Below, piece by piece: positions 27,765 to 40,900 of a stretch of DNA of 64,000 nucleotides (positions within the stretch are counted from its first letter, which is position 1; the number at the start of each line of letters is the position of its first letter). The DNA comes from Mizuhopecten yessoensis (Eukaryota). A program made the translations under genes and the position numbers. The notes beneath the pieces were generated by a model. That model saw only the letters and a program-made list of their open reading frames with translations. It searched no databases and was not told the DNA's origin. Location of the stretch: the NCBI RefSeq assembly GCF_002113885.1, contig NW_018408845.1, positions 698,979 to 762,978 of the forward strand, read 5' to 3'.

Positions 27765-29850
27765 ATTTTTGTACCTCCGAAATCCTTCCAAGAACTCACT
27801 GCAGCATCAGCTACCTAGCACCATGCTAGCCTTAATTCATAGCATGCAATGAAGCTCTGTTCACGTAAATAATAGATAACACACAGACAATGGTATCGGC
27901 GTAATTGGCTAACCTTTATCAGGATGCCGGAATTTAATTTTTTATCTTTGATCAAAATTTCATTACATTTATTGTTTCTTAAAATATTATTTTAGTGAAG
28001 GTGCGGCAAAAGATACCGCCCCTCATTAACTTAAGACAATTACATGTAAGTAACAACGCAATGTCCAAAGTGCGCTGCGATCGGGCTGCCCCAACCCCTT
28101 ACCAGTAAGGGGGAGGTAGGATTTTTACCATGCCCAGGCCAGCTGGTAAGTGTTTACTCACTTAGTTATTACCAATAACACCTGGGATATTGACGCTGCA
28201 CATAAACAAACCTAACATCTGAAGATAAACCGGGCATACAAATATGACTGACAAAACTTTGTTCTTTATATAATCAATATTACAATTAATAACAAATATA
28301 AACGTTCTTTAAAATTTTCAAAACAAGTTCATTGACAAATGACATAACACGATAAGTAGACTATATTGTTATCATTTTTTGAAAAATTAGCTGCTTGACA
28401 TTTAGATGATTAAAAATTGCAAGGTAGCTGATAGGGGAGGAGGGAGGGATCAATTTAAGTTTTCACATTTTTTTCTCAAACCAATATGGCGTCTTGATAC
28501 AGCAGCGAGAGTGAGGGGTTTATCAGCTTCCACCCCACGGGGCTCTCGTTGCTACCTCTGACCAATGGGCATTGTCTTGTCTTGTCTTGTTGTAGTGTTT
28601 TGTCCTCCTTTCGTATAGGAGCTGTCCAGGGATCCTGGAGAGTGATTGGTATACCATATATGGATTAAAAAGTCATAAAAACCACTATTTGGGTTGGTCC
28701 ATTAAAATTCACGATATGTATCCAATAAAACAGGAACAATGTCCCTCACCACATGCACATGTACACGGTACTCCGGAGTCTGGAGATTTTAAAAGTTATT
28801 TACATTAGTATAAGATTTCTAAAAACTGGATCGTGGGCTGCTTGAATTGCTACACTACTTGCAGTGGCATAATGTCTTAAAAATGCTTAGACAGTTAAAA
28901 GCTAAAAGCTAGATATAGTCACTAAAAGCATTTAGAGAGCACTAAAGAGCACTACAAGCGGGTATTAAAACACAGCAAGCGGTATGGTAAAAGCCCTGAA
29001 GCAAGTCCACTAGAAGCGTGCGGTTAAGAATGTTATAAGTTAAAAAGACAGTTTGACGTAACACTGTACACTTTAAAAACAAATATAACTCATAGCTTGT
29101 TGTTCCTTCCCCTCCCCCTGTAATTTGGATTACAGACCGGATGATTTAACTTTCCACTTTATAGGGACTCACAGTTCGTGGTGCCTACACACAGCCGCGA
29201 GCTGATAGTATTTCAGCCCGTTTGAGGTGGATGGAGTAGCAGAGGTTGCGCGAAAGTCTCTCCAACTCTGTTGTGTTCCTACGGTTGAGGGTTACGTGCC
29301 CTTGCAGTGTTTTTGATGTTGGGTCCAGAAGAAGCTGTAAAAGTAGGTTGTTTGCCTTGATGGTTTCAGTAGTGCCCCTTCCACCAATTCTCTCTAGTAG
29401 GTCCTCAATTTTTTGCATGTGTCCGATTCTTGTAGACTCCAGCATTTGACATCGGAGTAGGAAATGGCTAATGTCCTCTTCCTCTTGCATACACAACAAG
29501 CAAGTCGTATCAACACTTTTTTTTGTATTTTGCCGCTCTGCATTGGAGGTTGTATGTGCTGGTGGCAAGTCGAGCTTTAATTTCAGCTGCCTTGGCATTA
29601 ACCTTGACCCATTTTAACCAATGGCAGCTGGCCTTGACATATCTTTAACTTACATAAATATTGAGAACTGATGTCACAAAATACGGAATCAAAATCTATA
29701 AAAAAACATACGGAATAATTTCATCAACCAAAAAATTGTATATATAAATATATACTTTAATTTTTGTACCTCCGAAATCCTTCCAAGAACTCACTGCAGC
29801 ATCAGCTACCTAGCACCATGCTAGCCTTAATTCATAACATGCAATGAAGC
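27765..29850. mobile_element. 2.1-kb insertion bounded by 91-bp direct repeats
   Basis: 27765-27855 and 29760-29850 differ at 1 nt; the flanks rejoin into the sequence seen uninterrupted at 36415-36785. Confidence 0.8.
29185..29600 (-). mobile_element. Non-LTR retrotransposon ORF2 C-terminal fragment (CCHC knuckle)
   Basis: DTTCLLCMQEEEDISHFLLRC...LSRNLCYSIHLKR; clade not determined. Confidence 0.75.
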
Positions 29851-29991
29851 ATTACCTACTAGCCGTAACTACTTTTAATGGGAATCCTCTTGTCATGGCA
29901 AACTGAAAAGTTCCCGGTATTTGCAAAAAATATCGAAGTTTATAAAATCTTTGTACCGATCTCTACCAAATACGGAAGGTATGTGATGAAA

Positions 29992-30137
29992 GCAAGACCA
30001 CACACTTGTGTTTTTCTTACGAATCAGAAAGCACCGGTTTATTGCGCGGACAAATATATTCACGAGAGAATAAATAAGTACGCGCAATAAATGAGGGCTT
30101 TCTGATTCGTTAGAAAAACACAAGTGTGTGGTCTTGC
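29992..30137. mobile_element. Palindromic MITE (copy 1)
   Basis: Arms GCAAGACCACACACTTGTGTTTTTCT...TTTATTGCG and their reverse complement. Confidence 0.85.
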
Positions 30138-31819
30138 ATATTTATAATCCTCATATAAAGTAATATAAACAAAGAAAACGATTGTAATAGCAAGAGAAGC
30201 GTGCCAACATTTGACTAGAAATATGGTAAGTCTAAAGGGGCCCATTAGGGCATACTTGGCATTATGTATTTAATCGAATTCTATACGGCACGTAAGAAAA
30301 TAAAATTAAGTTCCTTTTTGTTTTTGTATCTTTTACACGTTTCACACCCTGAGCGTGGTATTAACGGAAAGTTAATAACTTTTGCTATGCAAGAATAAAT
30401 AACCAAAGCCAGTTTTATCCTGCTGACAGGGAAATAAAAGAGCGAAGGTTTGTGCCACGGTACTTGTTTGTCTCAATTAAGATTTTCAATTAGTTATTTT
30501 ACCTGATAGTTCGTCTCAATTTCTACAACTGTTTAATCAACGGAACGGTTCGACACTTTTTATGTAAATGTTTAGTACCATGATATGATTCGTCTTAAGG
30601 AAGGGTGCAAATGTGGGCCTTCTGGTGACTATCGCTGATTAACTTTGTTTTTACATATATATAAATTGGGCTTATGCCGTCATCATATGGCATGAAATTA
30701 AGGTCAGCTTTGAGACCATTCCGAGATATGAGGGGGTAAAGTGGGGGATCAAAATCACAAATGGCCACTTTTTGACACTTTGATGTATTGTATGACACGT
30801 GCACTAAAGCTGCAAATAATAAAAAATAACTGAATAAAATAGCACATTGTTGATTAATAAATAGGTCAGTGACCTTGTTATATGTCCATTTAGTTATGTC
30901 AGTGATACTCTGTTTTGTGCCTAAATACCCATTTTAACCATACAATCATTTTAACCATACAATCATCATGCAATTGTATTTATTAGTATATTAAACAAAT
31001 CTCAAGAAACGGATCAAAGTGAACGGGGATGTGGGGAATGGGGAGAGGTGTTACTTCCTCATGCCTTTTTAAACAATTGTATTCATAAAAGCTTAGTTGT
31101 TTGCACAAGAGTCAAACAGCTGCTACTTCTATTTGCTTTAGAAAAATGTGTTCAGCATGTTCCTGTACTACATCTCCATACAACTATGGCCTAACTGTGT
31201 ACACGTTTTATAGCGCTCTCAAAACTATCCATAACGTAAAGCGTCAGACAGAAGGCAGAACGCAGCATGGTTAATTGAATTCACTTCCAGCGTGGTTTAA
31301 ATCAATCAGTTAATTGTTAAAAGAAAAAAAAGAAAAAAATCCAAAATGAAAAACAGATGAGTATATATTTCTTAACCTCGATATCCAAACCACACTCAAC
31401 GTTTTATATGATATGCAAGCCGTTATGTTAACAGACAAAACATCCAATATATGTCATTATTTAACAAAAACTATGAAATTTCCTTGCTTCTAGCATGCCA
31501 ATTATAAACAAAGGAAAGATTGTCAAGTACTGCTTTATAAAGTACAATATAACTAACAAAAAACACCAGGTGTTGCAAAAGGGAACGCCAGTAGTTGCAA
31601 ATGGTAATTAAGCGTCTTCATCATCGCTTACCTCCCTTATATAAATCTAGATCAAAGTAATAACACGTCACCAAAGGTAAAACTGGGGAAATGACAGCAA
31701 AACAAGGCACACTAAAAGCATCGCCCTTCATATCATAAAAAAATAGCATATTTTCTCTCAATTTGATAATGATTGCTGACCATAGTCTTGGTCAATCTGC
31801 ATCTCTCGAAACTTCCAAT

Positions 31820-32282
31820 CGAAATTAAACAAATGTTGGTCCAAAATGTGATTTCCCTATATAAACTATAGTAAGGTTTACCCCCTCCCCAGGGGGAAAC
31901 GTGAGACCCCAGGGTCAAGAAATTCACAATTTTGGTAAAGCACCTTAAGACCCTTCTATCTATGAAGAGTATTTGATTCTACCATATCTGGGTCTCGAGA
32001 AGAAGAAATTTGAAATTTTAGTCCATTTGACCCTTTTTGGCCCTGCCCCTCAGGCCCCTGGGGGCTGGGGACCAAATCAGCCACTTTTTTTGTTGACCTT
32101 TGGCCATGGAAGGTTTCTGCAAAATTTCATTGAAATTGGTTCAGGGGTTTTGAAGAAGAAGTCGAAAATGTAAATTGTTTACGGACGCACGACTGAAGCC
32201 AGATGACGCCAGACAAAAGGCGATCGCAATAGGTCACTTGAGACAGGATGGACGACGGACAGACGACAGGTGAGCTAAAAAC
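31820..32282 (+). mobile_element. Partial Helentron-type non-autonomous element (3' part)
   Basis: Same internal repeat as 43042-44380 (TTCCCTATATAAACTATAGTAA..CCCCCTCCCC), GACG microsatellite, terminal AGGTCACTTGAG...CAGGTGAGCTAAAA. Confidence 0.75.
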
Positions 32283-33610
32283 AGATCACAATGGAGTGGG
32301 TTCCCTCAAACAAGATGGCAAACTTTTTACCAAACAGGCAATTTCAATCAGTATTTCTACTTCTGACGAAATTAGTTCAAAAACCTTAGACCAAGACTAT
32401 CCAATATATGGCAGTTACCCTGAAATTTCTAATTTCTTCATAACAGCTAAGGGTATTGAAAAGCTTCTCCTCAAGCTAGACACCAACAAAGCTGCAGGAT
32501 CAGATCTCATCAAGCCTAAAGTCCGAAAGGAGCTAGCTACTAAAATATCTCCCATCTTCTACCTCATCTTCCAACGATCCTTTGATACCGGTCATGTTCT
32601 ATCTGACTGGAGGACGGCAGATATTGCCCCTGTATTTACTGATGTCCTGATAGTGGACTTCAGTAAGGCATTTGACAAGGTGAGCCACCCACTTTTAATT
32701 CACAAACTTAGGAGATATGGTAAAGGAGGCAAAGTCAACACCTGGATTGAAAGATTCCTAAGTATCATGACTCAATCAGTAATAGCTGAAGGGGGAAAAT
32801 CGCACACTGCCCCAGTAAGATCAGGGGTCCCCAAGGTTGGGTCCTCGGGCTGAGCCTTTATCTTTATTACATTACGACATTACTGAGGACATTTCATCGT
32901 CCATTAGGCTCTTTGCAGATGAAACCATTAAGTATCGCGCAGTAACATCATAGAGAGAGAGATGCACAATCCCTGCAAAGAGACCCTGACATTCTTAGTC
33001 ATTGGGAGAGAAAGCGGAAGATGGCGTTCCATCCGGACAAATGTCAGGTCCTTTCGATCACTAGAAATAGAAACCTCCTTGACAACCTGTATACACTTCA
33101 TAGACACAAACTCCAACATGAGCTTCCTCAGGCAAAATCTAAGGATATCATCTTCTGACATCAAAGAAAAGATGTATAGTTCGCCCTTAACTGGAATACG
33201 CTAGTCCAGTTTGGGACACATACCTGACAAAAGACACTTACAAGATATAGATAGTTCAGTGCAGGGCTGCCCGTTATGTTACCGATCGACATCGTAACAC
33301 CTCAAGCTTTGGTTACATAATAGATCGCCATAAATGGTGCAGTCTTGCTGATTGTAGAAAAGATGCACGGCTGACCATGCTCTACAAAATATGCCATAGC
33401 AAAGCTGCCATCAACCCCAAACAGCTGGTTCCCACTATGAGACAATCGAGGCAAGGTCATCAAAATTATGTCCGCACTATCTCCTGTAGGACGTCTGTGA
33501 AGAAAGAATCCTTCTTTCCCCGACAAACATTGATAGGAACACACTTCCACCTGAAATATCATCAGCAGACACCCTATTCTCTTTCAAATCAGCAATCTCC
33601 TCCTTCAAGA
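32283..33610 (+). mobile_element. Decayed CR1-clade LINE with internal deletions
   Basis: KAAGSDLI, DWRTADIAPVF joined directly to DFSKAFDKVSH, SGVP, IRLFADET, LEYASPVWD, VQCRAARYV, RLTMLYKI. Confidence 0.9.
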
Positions 33611-34891
33611 TTAAATTCTGTTCCTTTCCTTTTCATGCCACAACCATATATGAAAAAGTCTTCAATCAATTGAGGTAGGCCATTATCTGGTAGAAATAGA
33701 AGTAGACTACCTTCACAGTACACACAGAGCCCTTTGTTCTTTTCATCTGTCTGTCCAGCCACAGAAGATTCCATGTTGCACCTTTGGTCACTGAACATTA
33801 CTGAACATCCAAATGAATACGGCATGGATTATGATGGGAATGCATTGATCCATCCACAAAGTACTCTTGTTAAATGATGGTTTAATTACTTTGAACTTTG
33901 ACCCCAAAGTCAATAGGCTTTATAAACCCAAATATTGATAGGTTCCTTCTTAAAACCTGAGTAGTCGACCAGCTAAATTTCAATGTCTCACATTTTTTGC
34001 ACAAAAAATTAACAACTAGAAAAAAATAGTAATTTACAATTGGTTCAATTGATTTGTTTCTTGCAATTTCTGGGACAACTCCAAAACCAAATAAAACAAG
34101 GAAGGAATTCTAAAATTTTGGAACGCTTTCTTCACCACTTTAGTTCCCAGTTGTTTTAAATATTCAATGGTTTAGTGTTCTCTTCTCCAGCGGAAAGGAT
34201 TTTAATGTAGCTGTCTTTTGTTTGTAATTCTAGTGTATTTCATACAAGGTAGTTGACTCTGCCGGTGGACTATCACTTCCCAAGGTTTGCCGTAGCTTTG
34301 GAATTTACTTTGGCAAGGTTAACATGAGATACTAGTTAAAGTATAAATCATGTGTTGTAGCCATATGCTTTAAATTTTATGAATCTTATAGAGTGTTATA
34401 TAGACACCTTTCCATTTTGATGTATTCTAGATTTGTTTTGGAACATTTAAGGCATTGATTTTTCACTTTTTTGACCATTGAACTAATAAATCTAAAATGG
34501 ACAAAATGGACAGAGGTTGCAGTTAAATGGTCACTTTGTTTGGCATTCAGCATCTACAAACAATTTTCAATTAGATGCTTCTTTTCCTTGTATTGTCTGT
34601 GATTATATCAGGATTTACTTGTTATGTCACAGCTGAAAAAACCCCATCAAATTACCAAGTTTAAAGACAAGAAGAAATCACAGCATGTTTTATAATTTAC
34701 TGACACATATTTCAAGCTTTACTTTCACTCACTCAATTTAACATTTCATCATCTCACACACTGTAAAATATAAGTCAAAACCCTGAGGAGGAAGTCAACA
34801 GCACAAGTAAGTCTTTAGGGCATAACATGCTGAAAGTTTGTGCTCCAATAATTGATAAATATTTATAATTGATCACTGGTGTAACTTTGGT

Positions 34892-34978
34892 TCACATTTT
34901 CTCCAGAGGGGTAATTCCAAGTAACTGCATTCCATTTGCCATCACAGTTTTACAACACTTGAACAGCTGTAGTCTTGC
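34892..34978 (-). CDS. RARS2: RARS2 last coding exon
   Basis: ATTTCAG acceptor; [28 protein letters not shown]. Confidence 0.96.
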   Translation of the reverse strand, partial: ARLQLFKCCKTVMANGMQLLGITPLEKM

Positions 34979-37900
34979 CTGAAATCAAGAGACCAGAAAT
35001 TAAGTTTGTATAGATATGGAGCAAGGAAGCAATTCTGACAGTGTTGACAATATGAGGTTGTCAAATTTTCAACTCCTTGAACACTGAACACACCATTAAC
35101 CAATGATACTGTGTTTGTGAGTGTGTGTGTGTGCGATCAACGACAAAGAGATTAGAATATATCGGGAAAACTGGAGCATAAAAAAAATCTGAAGCAGGAA
35201 AATACACCGACACAATGATTCGTCCAGTGAAAATAACTCTAATACTCACTAAATTATAAATCACTAATATCTGTTTCGAGAAATAGATATACTTTATATC
35301 TGCCTATTAAAATTGCTACTTCAAGAGATTCTATTCCATGTTCCAATTTATCTAGATCGTCACAGCATAAATCGTCATGTCAGCTTTTTTCCAGCTTCAG
35401 CATCTTTCCTCATACTTCTGTTTTCAATATTCAAAAATATTACTGCATCAATAAAATGCTGGATTTGGAAGCAACAGATATGGCAACTTATTCTTATGAC
35501 TCGTTGACAACAAGACTACATCAGTAATTGCTATTTTGAATGAGGTATTTGATGTAATTTTACCATTTTTAGCTATTATCTGGTACAAGTTGCATGGTTA
35601 CAATTTTTTTCCCAATTATGTTATCTATGTAATTAACTTGCAAGATTTTACAAAAACAACTATAAATTATAATGCGGCTTCATTTGCTGCTGTGATTGAA
35701 AATATACAGCTTTGAATACAGCAAATAGAAAACAATATTCTGATTGGTCAATATGAAATTAATACAGGACCTTATATCATCACATGTGAAGATATGACAT
35801 TTTGTATATCTTCATTGTAATGAATATAAAAGGTTTTTTCAATTTGATGATTTCCAAGATTTTATGGGTGAAATGGTAAAAAATATGTAAATCTATATCT
35901 TTATTAATGACAAGTTTCAAGAACATACAAGATTTTCTCTGTTAAATATTTATCTATTGTTGAGGTGTCCATCTAGTGGATGATACAAGTAGATTACTAG
36001 TTTTATCCTTTGATATACATCAAAAGAATCTCGCAGCAGCGTAACAGCAAATAGCTAACAGTGTGCCTTTGATTTTGTCACGACATATTCCAGGAGTGCA
36101 AAGAATGTAAGTGAGCATAACCCCTGGTATCTAGAGAAAGTCGTTGAGGATAAGTTTACATGAATATTATTGTCATTCTACGTTATTTAATCAGGTTAGT
36201 TACCTTGGCAACCTCTGGATCTTCATCTTTTACCTGCAGTGTCACCATTGCAGAGTTGATTAGATTTCTGCAAAAAAAAAGTTAATTCAAGAAAACGATG
36301 CGAATCACATATTTGTGTGTCATGGTAGTCAAACTTGTTTAGTCGGCTTATAATTAATGTATGTTCATCTGTTATTTTATGTCAATTATTGTGCTGTGTG
36401 TGTGTGTCTATGTATTTATCACATACCTGTTGAATCTAGATATAGTTATACAAGCAATTTTCAGACCATGAAATACAACCTGTATTGCACATGTGCAATA
36501 CGGAATGTTGTATTTACCCACTAGCCGGAACTACTTTTTATGGGAATCCCCTTGTCATGGCGAACTGAAAAATTCCCGGTATTTGCAAAAAATATCAAAG
36601 TTCATAAAATCTTTGTATCGATCTCTACCAAATACGGAAGGTATGTGATAAAAGCAAGACCACACACATGTGTTTTGCTAACAAATCAGAAAGCACTCAT
36701 TTATTGCGTGGACGTAAATATTCGTCCTCGCAATAAATGAGAGCTTTCTGATTCGTTAGAAAAACACAAGTGTGTGGTCTTGCATATATATCTGTCATGG
36801 TGAGTGTAATGTACCTGTATTATATCAGATTGCTATTATGACGTGTGAGAGATGAGAGGTACTACATGTATTGGCAGTGAAAAACACTTTGACCCTGCAT
36901 TATTCTATACGCACATGGGAGCCTCAGCCGAACAACCCACACGTATCTAAACACCAGTCTACACGTTATCCTCGTAGGGATCAGATGCATATAAAGCTTC
37001 TTATCCCTCCTATGAGCTTCACAGCCACAGAGTAAGGCAAGTCCTCCTGTGAGCTTCACAGCCACAGAGTAAGGCAGGTCCTCCTACGAGCTTCACAGCC
37101 ACAGAGTAAGGCAAGGCCTCCTACGAGCTTCACAGCCACAGAGTAAGGCAAGTCATCATGTGAGCTTCACAGCCACAGAGTAAGGCAAGTCCTCCTGTGA
37201 GCTTCACAGCCACAGAGTATGGCAAGTCCTCCTATGAGCTTCACAGCCACTGAGTAAGGCAAGTCCTCCTGTGAGCTTCACGGCCACAGAGTAAGGCAAG
37301 TCCTCCTATGAGATTCACAGCCACAGAGTAAGGCAAGTCATCGTGTGAGCTTCACAGCCACAGAGTAAGGCAGGTCCTCCTACGGGCTTCACAGCCACAG
37401 AGTAAGGCAAGGCCTCCTACGAGCTTCACAGCCACAGAGTAAGGCAAGTCATCGTGTGAGCTTCACAGCCACAGAGTAAGGCAGGTCCTCCTACGAGCTT
37501 CACAGCCGCAGAGTAAGGCAAGGCCTCCTACGAGCTTCACAGCCACAGAGTAAGGCAAGGCCTTCTGTGAGTTTCACAGCCACAGAGTAAGGCAAGTCCT
37601 CCTATGAGTTTCACAGCCACAGAGTAAGGCAAGTTCTTCTGTGAGCTTCACAGCCACAGAGTAAGGCAAGACCTCCTATGACCTTTACAGCCACAGAGTA
37701 AGGCAAGTTCTACTGTGAGCTTCACAGCCACAGAGTAAGGCAAGTCCTCCTATGAGCTTCACATCCACAGAGTAAGGTAAGTCCTGTGAGCTTCACAGCC
37801 ACAGAGTAAGGCAAGGCCTCCTACGAGCTTCACAGCCACAGAGTAAGGCAAGTCATCCTGTGAGCTTCACAGCCACAGAGTAAGGCAGGTCCTCCTGTGA

Positions 37901-40900
37901 GCTTCACAGCCCCCGAGTAAGGCAAGGCCTCCTGTGAGCTTCACAGCCAGAGTAAGGCAAGTCCTCCTGTGAGCTGCACAGCCACAGAGTAAGGCAAGGC
38001 CGCCTATGACCTTTACAGCCACAGAGTAAGGCAAGTTCTCCTGTGAGCTTCACAGCCAGAGTAAGGCAAATCCTCCTATGAGCTTCACAGCCGCAGAGTA
38101 AGGCAAGACCTCCTATGAGCTTTACAGCCACAGAGTAAGGCAAGTCATCATGTGAGCTTCACAGCCACAGAGAAAGGCAAGTCCTCCTATGAGCTTCCCA
38201 GCCACAGAGCAAGGCAAGTCAGCCTATGAGCTTCACAGCCACAAAGTAAGGCAAGTCCTCCTATGAGCTTCACAACCACAGAGCAAGGCAAGTCCTCCTA
38301 TGAGCTTCACAACCACAGAGCAAGGCAAGTCCTCCTATGAGCTTCACGGCCACAGAGCAAGGCAAGTCAGCCTATGAGCTTCACAGCCACAGAATAAGGC
38401 AAGTCCTCCTATGAGTTTCACAGCCACAGAGAAAGGCAAGTCCTCCTATGAGCTTCACGGCCACAGAGCAAGGCAAGTCATCCTGTGAGCTTCACAGCAA
38501 CAGAGTAAGGCAAGGCCTCCTATGAGCTTCACAGCCACAAAGTAAGGCAAGTCCTCCTATGCGTTTCACAGCCACAGAGTAAGGCGAGTCCTCCTGTGAG
38601 CTTCACAGCAACAGAGTAAGGCAAGCCCTCCTATGACCTTTACAGCCACAGAGTAAGGCAAGGCCTCCGGTGAGCTTCACAGCCACAGAGAAAGGCAAGT
38701 CCTCCTGTGAGCTCCACAGCCACAGAGTAAGGCAAGGCCGCCTATGACCTTTACAGCCACAGAGTAAGGCAAGTCATCCTGTGAGCTTCCCAGCCACAGA
38801 GTAAGGCAAGTTCTCCTGTGAGCTTCACAGCCAGAGTAAGGCAAGTCCTCCTATGCGTTTCACAGCCACAGAGTAAGGCAGGTCCTCCTGTGAGCTTCAC
38901 AGCCAGAGTAAGGCAAATCCTCCTATGAGCTTCACAGCCGCAGAGTAAGGCAAGACCTCCTGTGAGCTTCACAGCCAGAGTAAGGCAAGTCCTCCTATTA
39001 GCTTCACAGCCACAGAGTAAGGCAGGTCCTCCTGTGAGCTTCACAGCAACAGAGTAAGGCAAGGCCTCCTATGAGCTTCACAGCCACAAAGTAAGGCAAG
39101 TCCTCCTATGCGTTTCACAGCCACAGAGTAAGGCAAGGCCGCCTATGACCTTTACAGCCACAGAGAAAGGCAAGTCCTCCTGTGAGCTTCACAGCCGCAG
39201 AGTAAGGCAAGTCCTCCTATGAGCTTCACAGCCACAGAGCAAGGCAAGTCATCCTATGAGCTTCACAGCCACAGAGTAAGACAAGTCATCCTATGAGCTT
39301 CACAGCCACAGAGTAAGGCAAGTCCTCCTATGAGCTTCACAGCCACAGAGTAAGACAAGTCATCCTATGAGCTTCACAGCCACAGAGTAAGCAAAGTCAT
39401 CCTATGAGCTTCACAGCCACAGAGTAAGGCAAGTCCTTCTGTGAGCTTCACAGCCACAGAGTAAGGCAAGTGTTCCTGGGAGCTTCACAGCCACAGAGTA
39501 AGGCAAGTCCTTCTGTGAGCTTCACAGCCACAGAGTAAGGCAAGTCTTCCTGTGCGCTTCACAGCCACAGAGTAAGGCAAGTCCTCCTGTGAGCTTCACA
39601 GCCACAGAGTATTCTAATCACATTTTCAGGATAAAATATTATCAATAGCTATTAACAATTATCAAATACACTGCAGATTAAAACTTTTACTGTATTTGAA
39701 ATATTTCATGATGATATGCTCGGGAGTACATTCAAAATGGCCATGTTCGTATAACTTGTCAGTGAATAGGGTCAGAGTTAGTGTGAAAGTAATGTTAAGG
39801 GGGCTGAACTAAAATTAAACCATAGAACTACATGTAATAGTCTCTATAAACGTCTGTAGGTAATTCATCCTGTAAAATTCAAATGCATATTTAAATGGAA
39901 TGTATTGTCAGACGTAGTATTGTTTTATTTCAGGTTGCCTTCTCCTTGTCTCCTTTTTGTCACTTGTCTTCTAGTTGTACAATAATTATATAAACTGTGC
40001 TATATCTGTAGAACAGGGCTGGACGTCCTTGTTAGACAGGAGACAGGAAAAGCCCTTTATTCCAATGAGTATACTTGTGTACATGAGTTTTGTTTTACAA
40101 ACTCAATGAAGATATTCCTGAAAACTTGATTTCGTGAATGAGTTGACCAAACAGTTCAGTCTCTAAAACTGTCACATTCTAGTGTAAACTGTAACATTCT
40201 AGTGTAAACTATCATCTTCTAGTGTAAACTGTAACATTCTAGTGTAAACTGTAACATTCTAGTGTAAACTGTAACATTCTAGTGTAAACTGTCACCTTCG
40301 TGTAAACTGTTACATTCTAGTGTAAAATGTCACTTTCTAGTGTAAACAGTCACCTTCTAGTGTAAACTGTCACCTTCTAGTGTAACCAATCACCTTCTTG
40401 TGTAAATTGTCACATTCTGTGTAAACTATCACCTTCTTGTGTAAATTGTCACATTCTAATGTAAACTGTCACATTCTATTGTAAATTGTCACATTCTAGT
40501 GTAAACTGTCACATTCAAGTGTAAATTGCCACCTTCTAGTGTAAACTGTAACATTCTAGTGTAAACTGTCACCTTCGTGTAAACTGTCACCTTCGTGTAA
40601 ATTGTTACATTCTAGTGTAAACTGTCACCTTCTAGTGTAAACTGCCACGTTCTAATGTAAACTGTTACCTTCTAGTGTAAACTATCACCTTCTTATGTAA
40701 ATTGTCACATTCTAGTGTAAATTGTCACATTCTAGTGTAAATTGTCACCTTCTAGTGTAAATTGTCACCTTCTAGTGTAAACTGTAACATTCTAGTTTAA
40801 ACTGTAACATTCTAGTGTAAACTGTAACATTCTAGTGTAAACTGTCACTTTCTAGTGTAAATTGTCACATTCTAGTGTAAACTGTCACTTTCCAGTGTAA

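Noticed and set aside
36862-39062. Cys-rich ORFs ([19 protein letters not shown])
   Set aside because: Chance frames in the 37-bp minisatellite.
37005-39611. CRISPR-like appearance of the 37-bp and other short-unit arrays
   Set aside because: Head-to-tail units with no unique spacers, no cas genes, eukaryotic intronic context.
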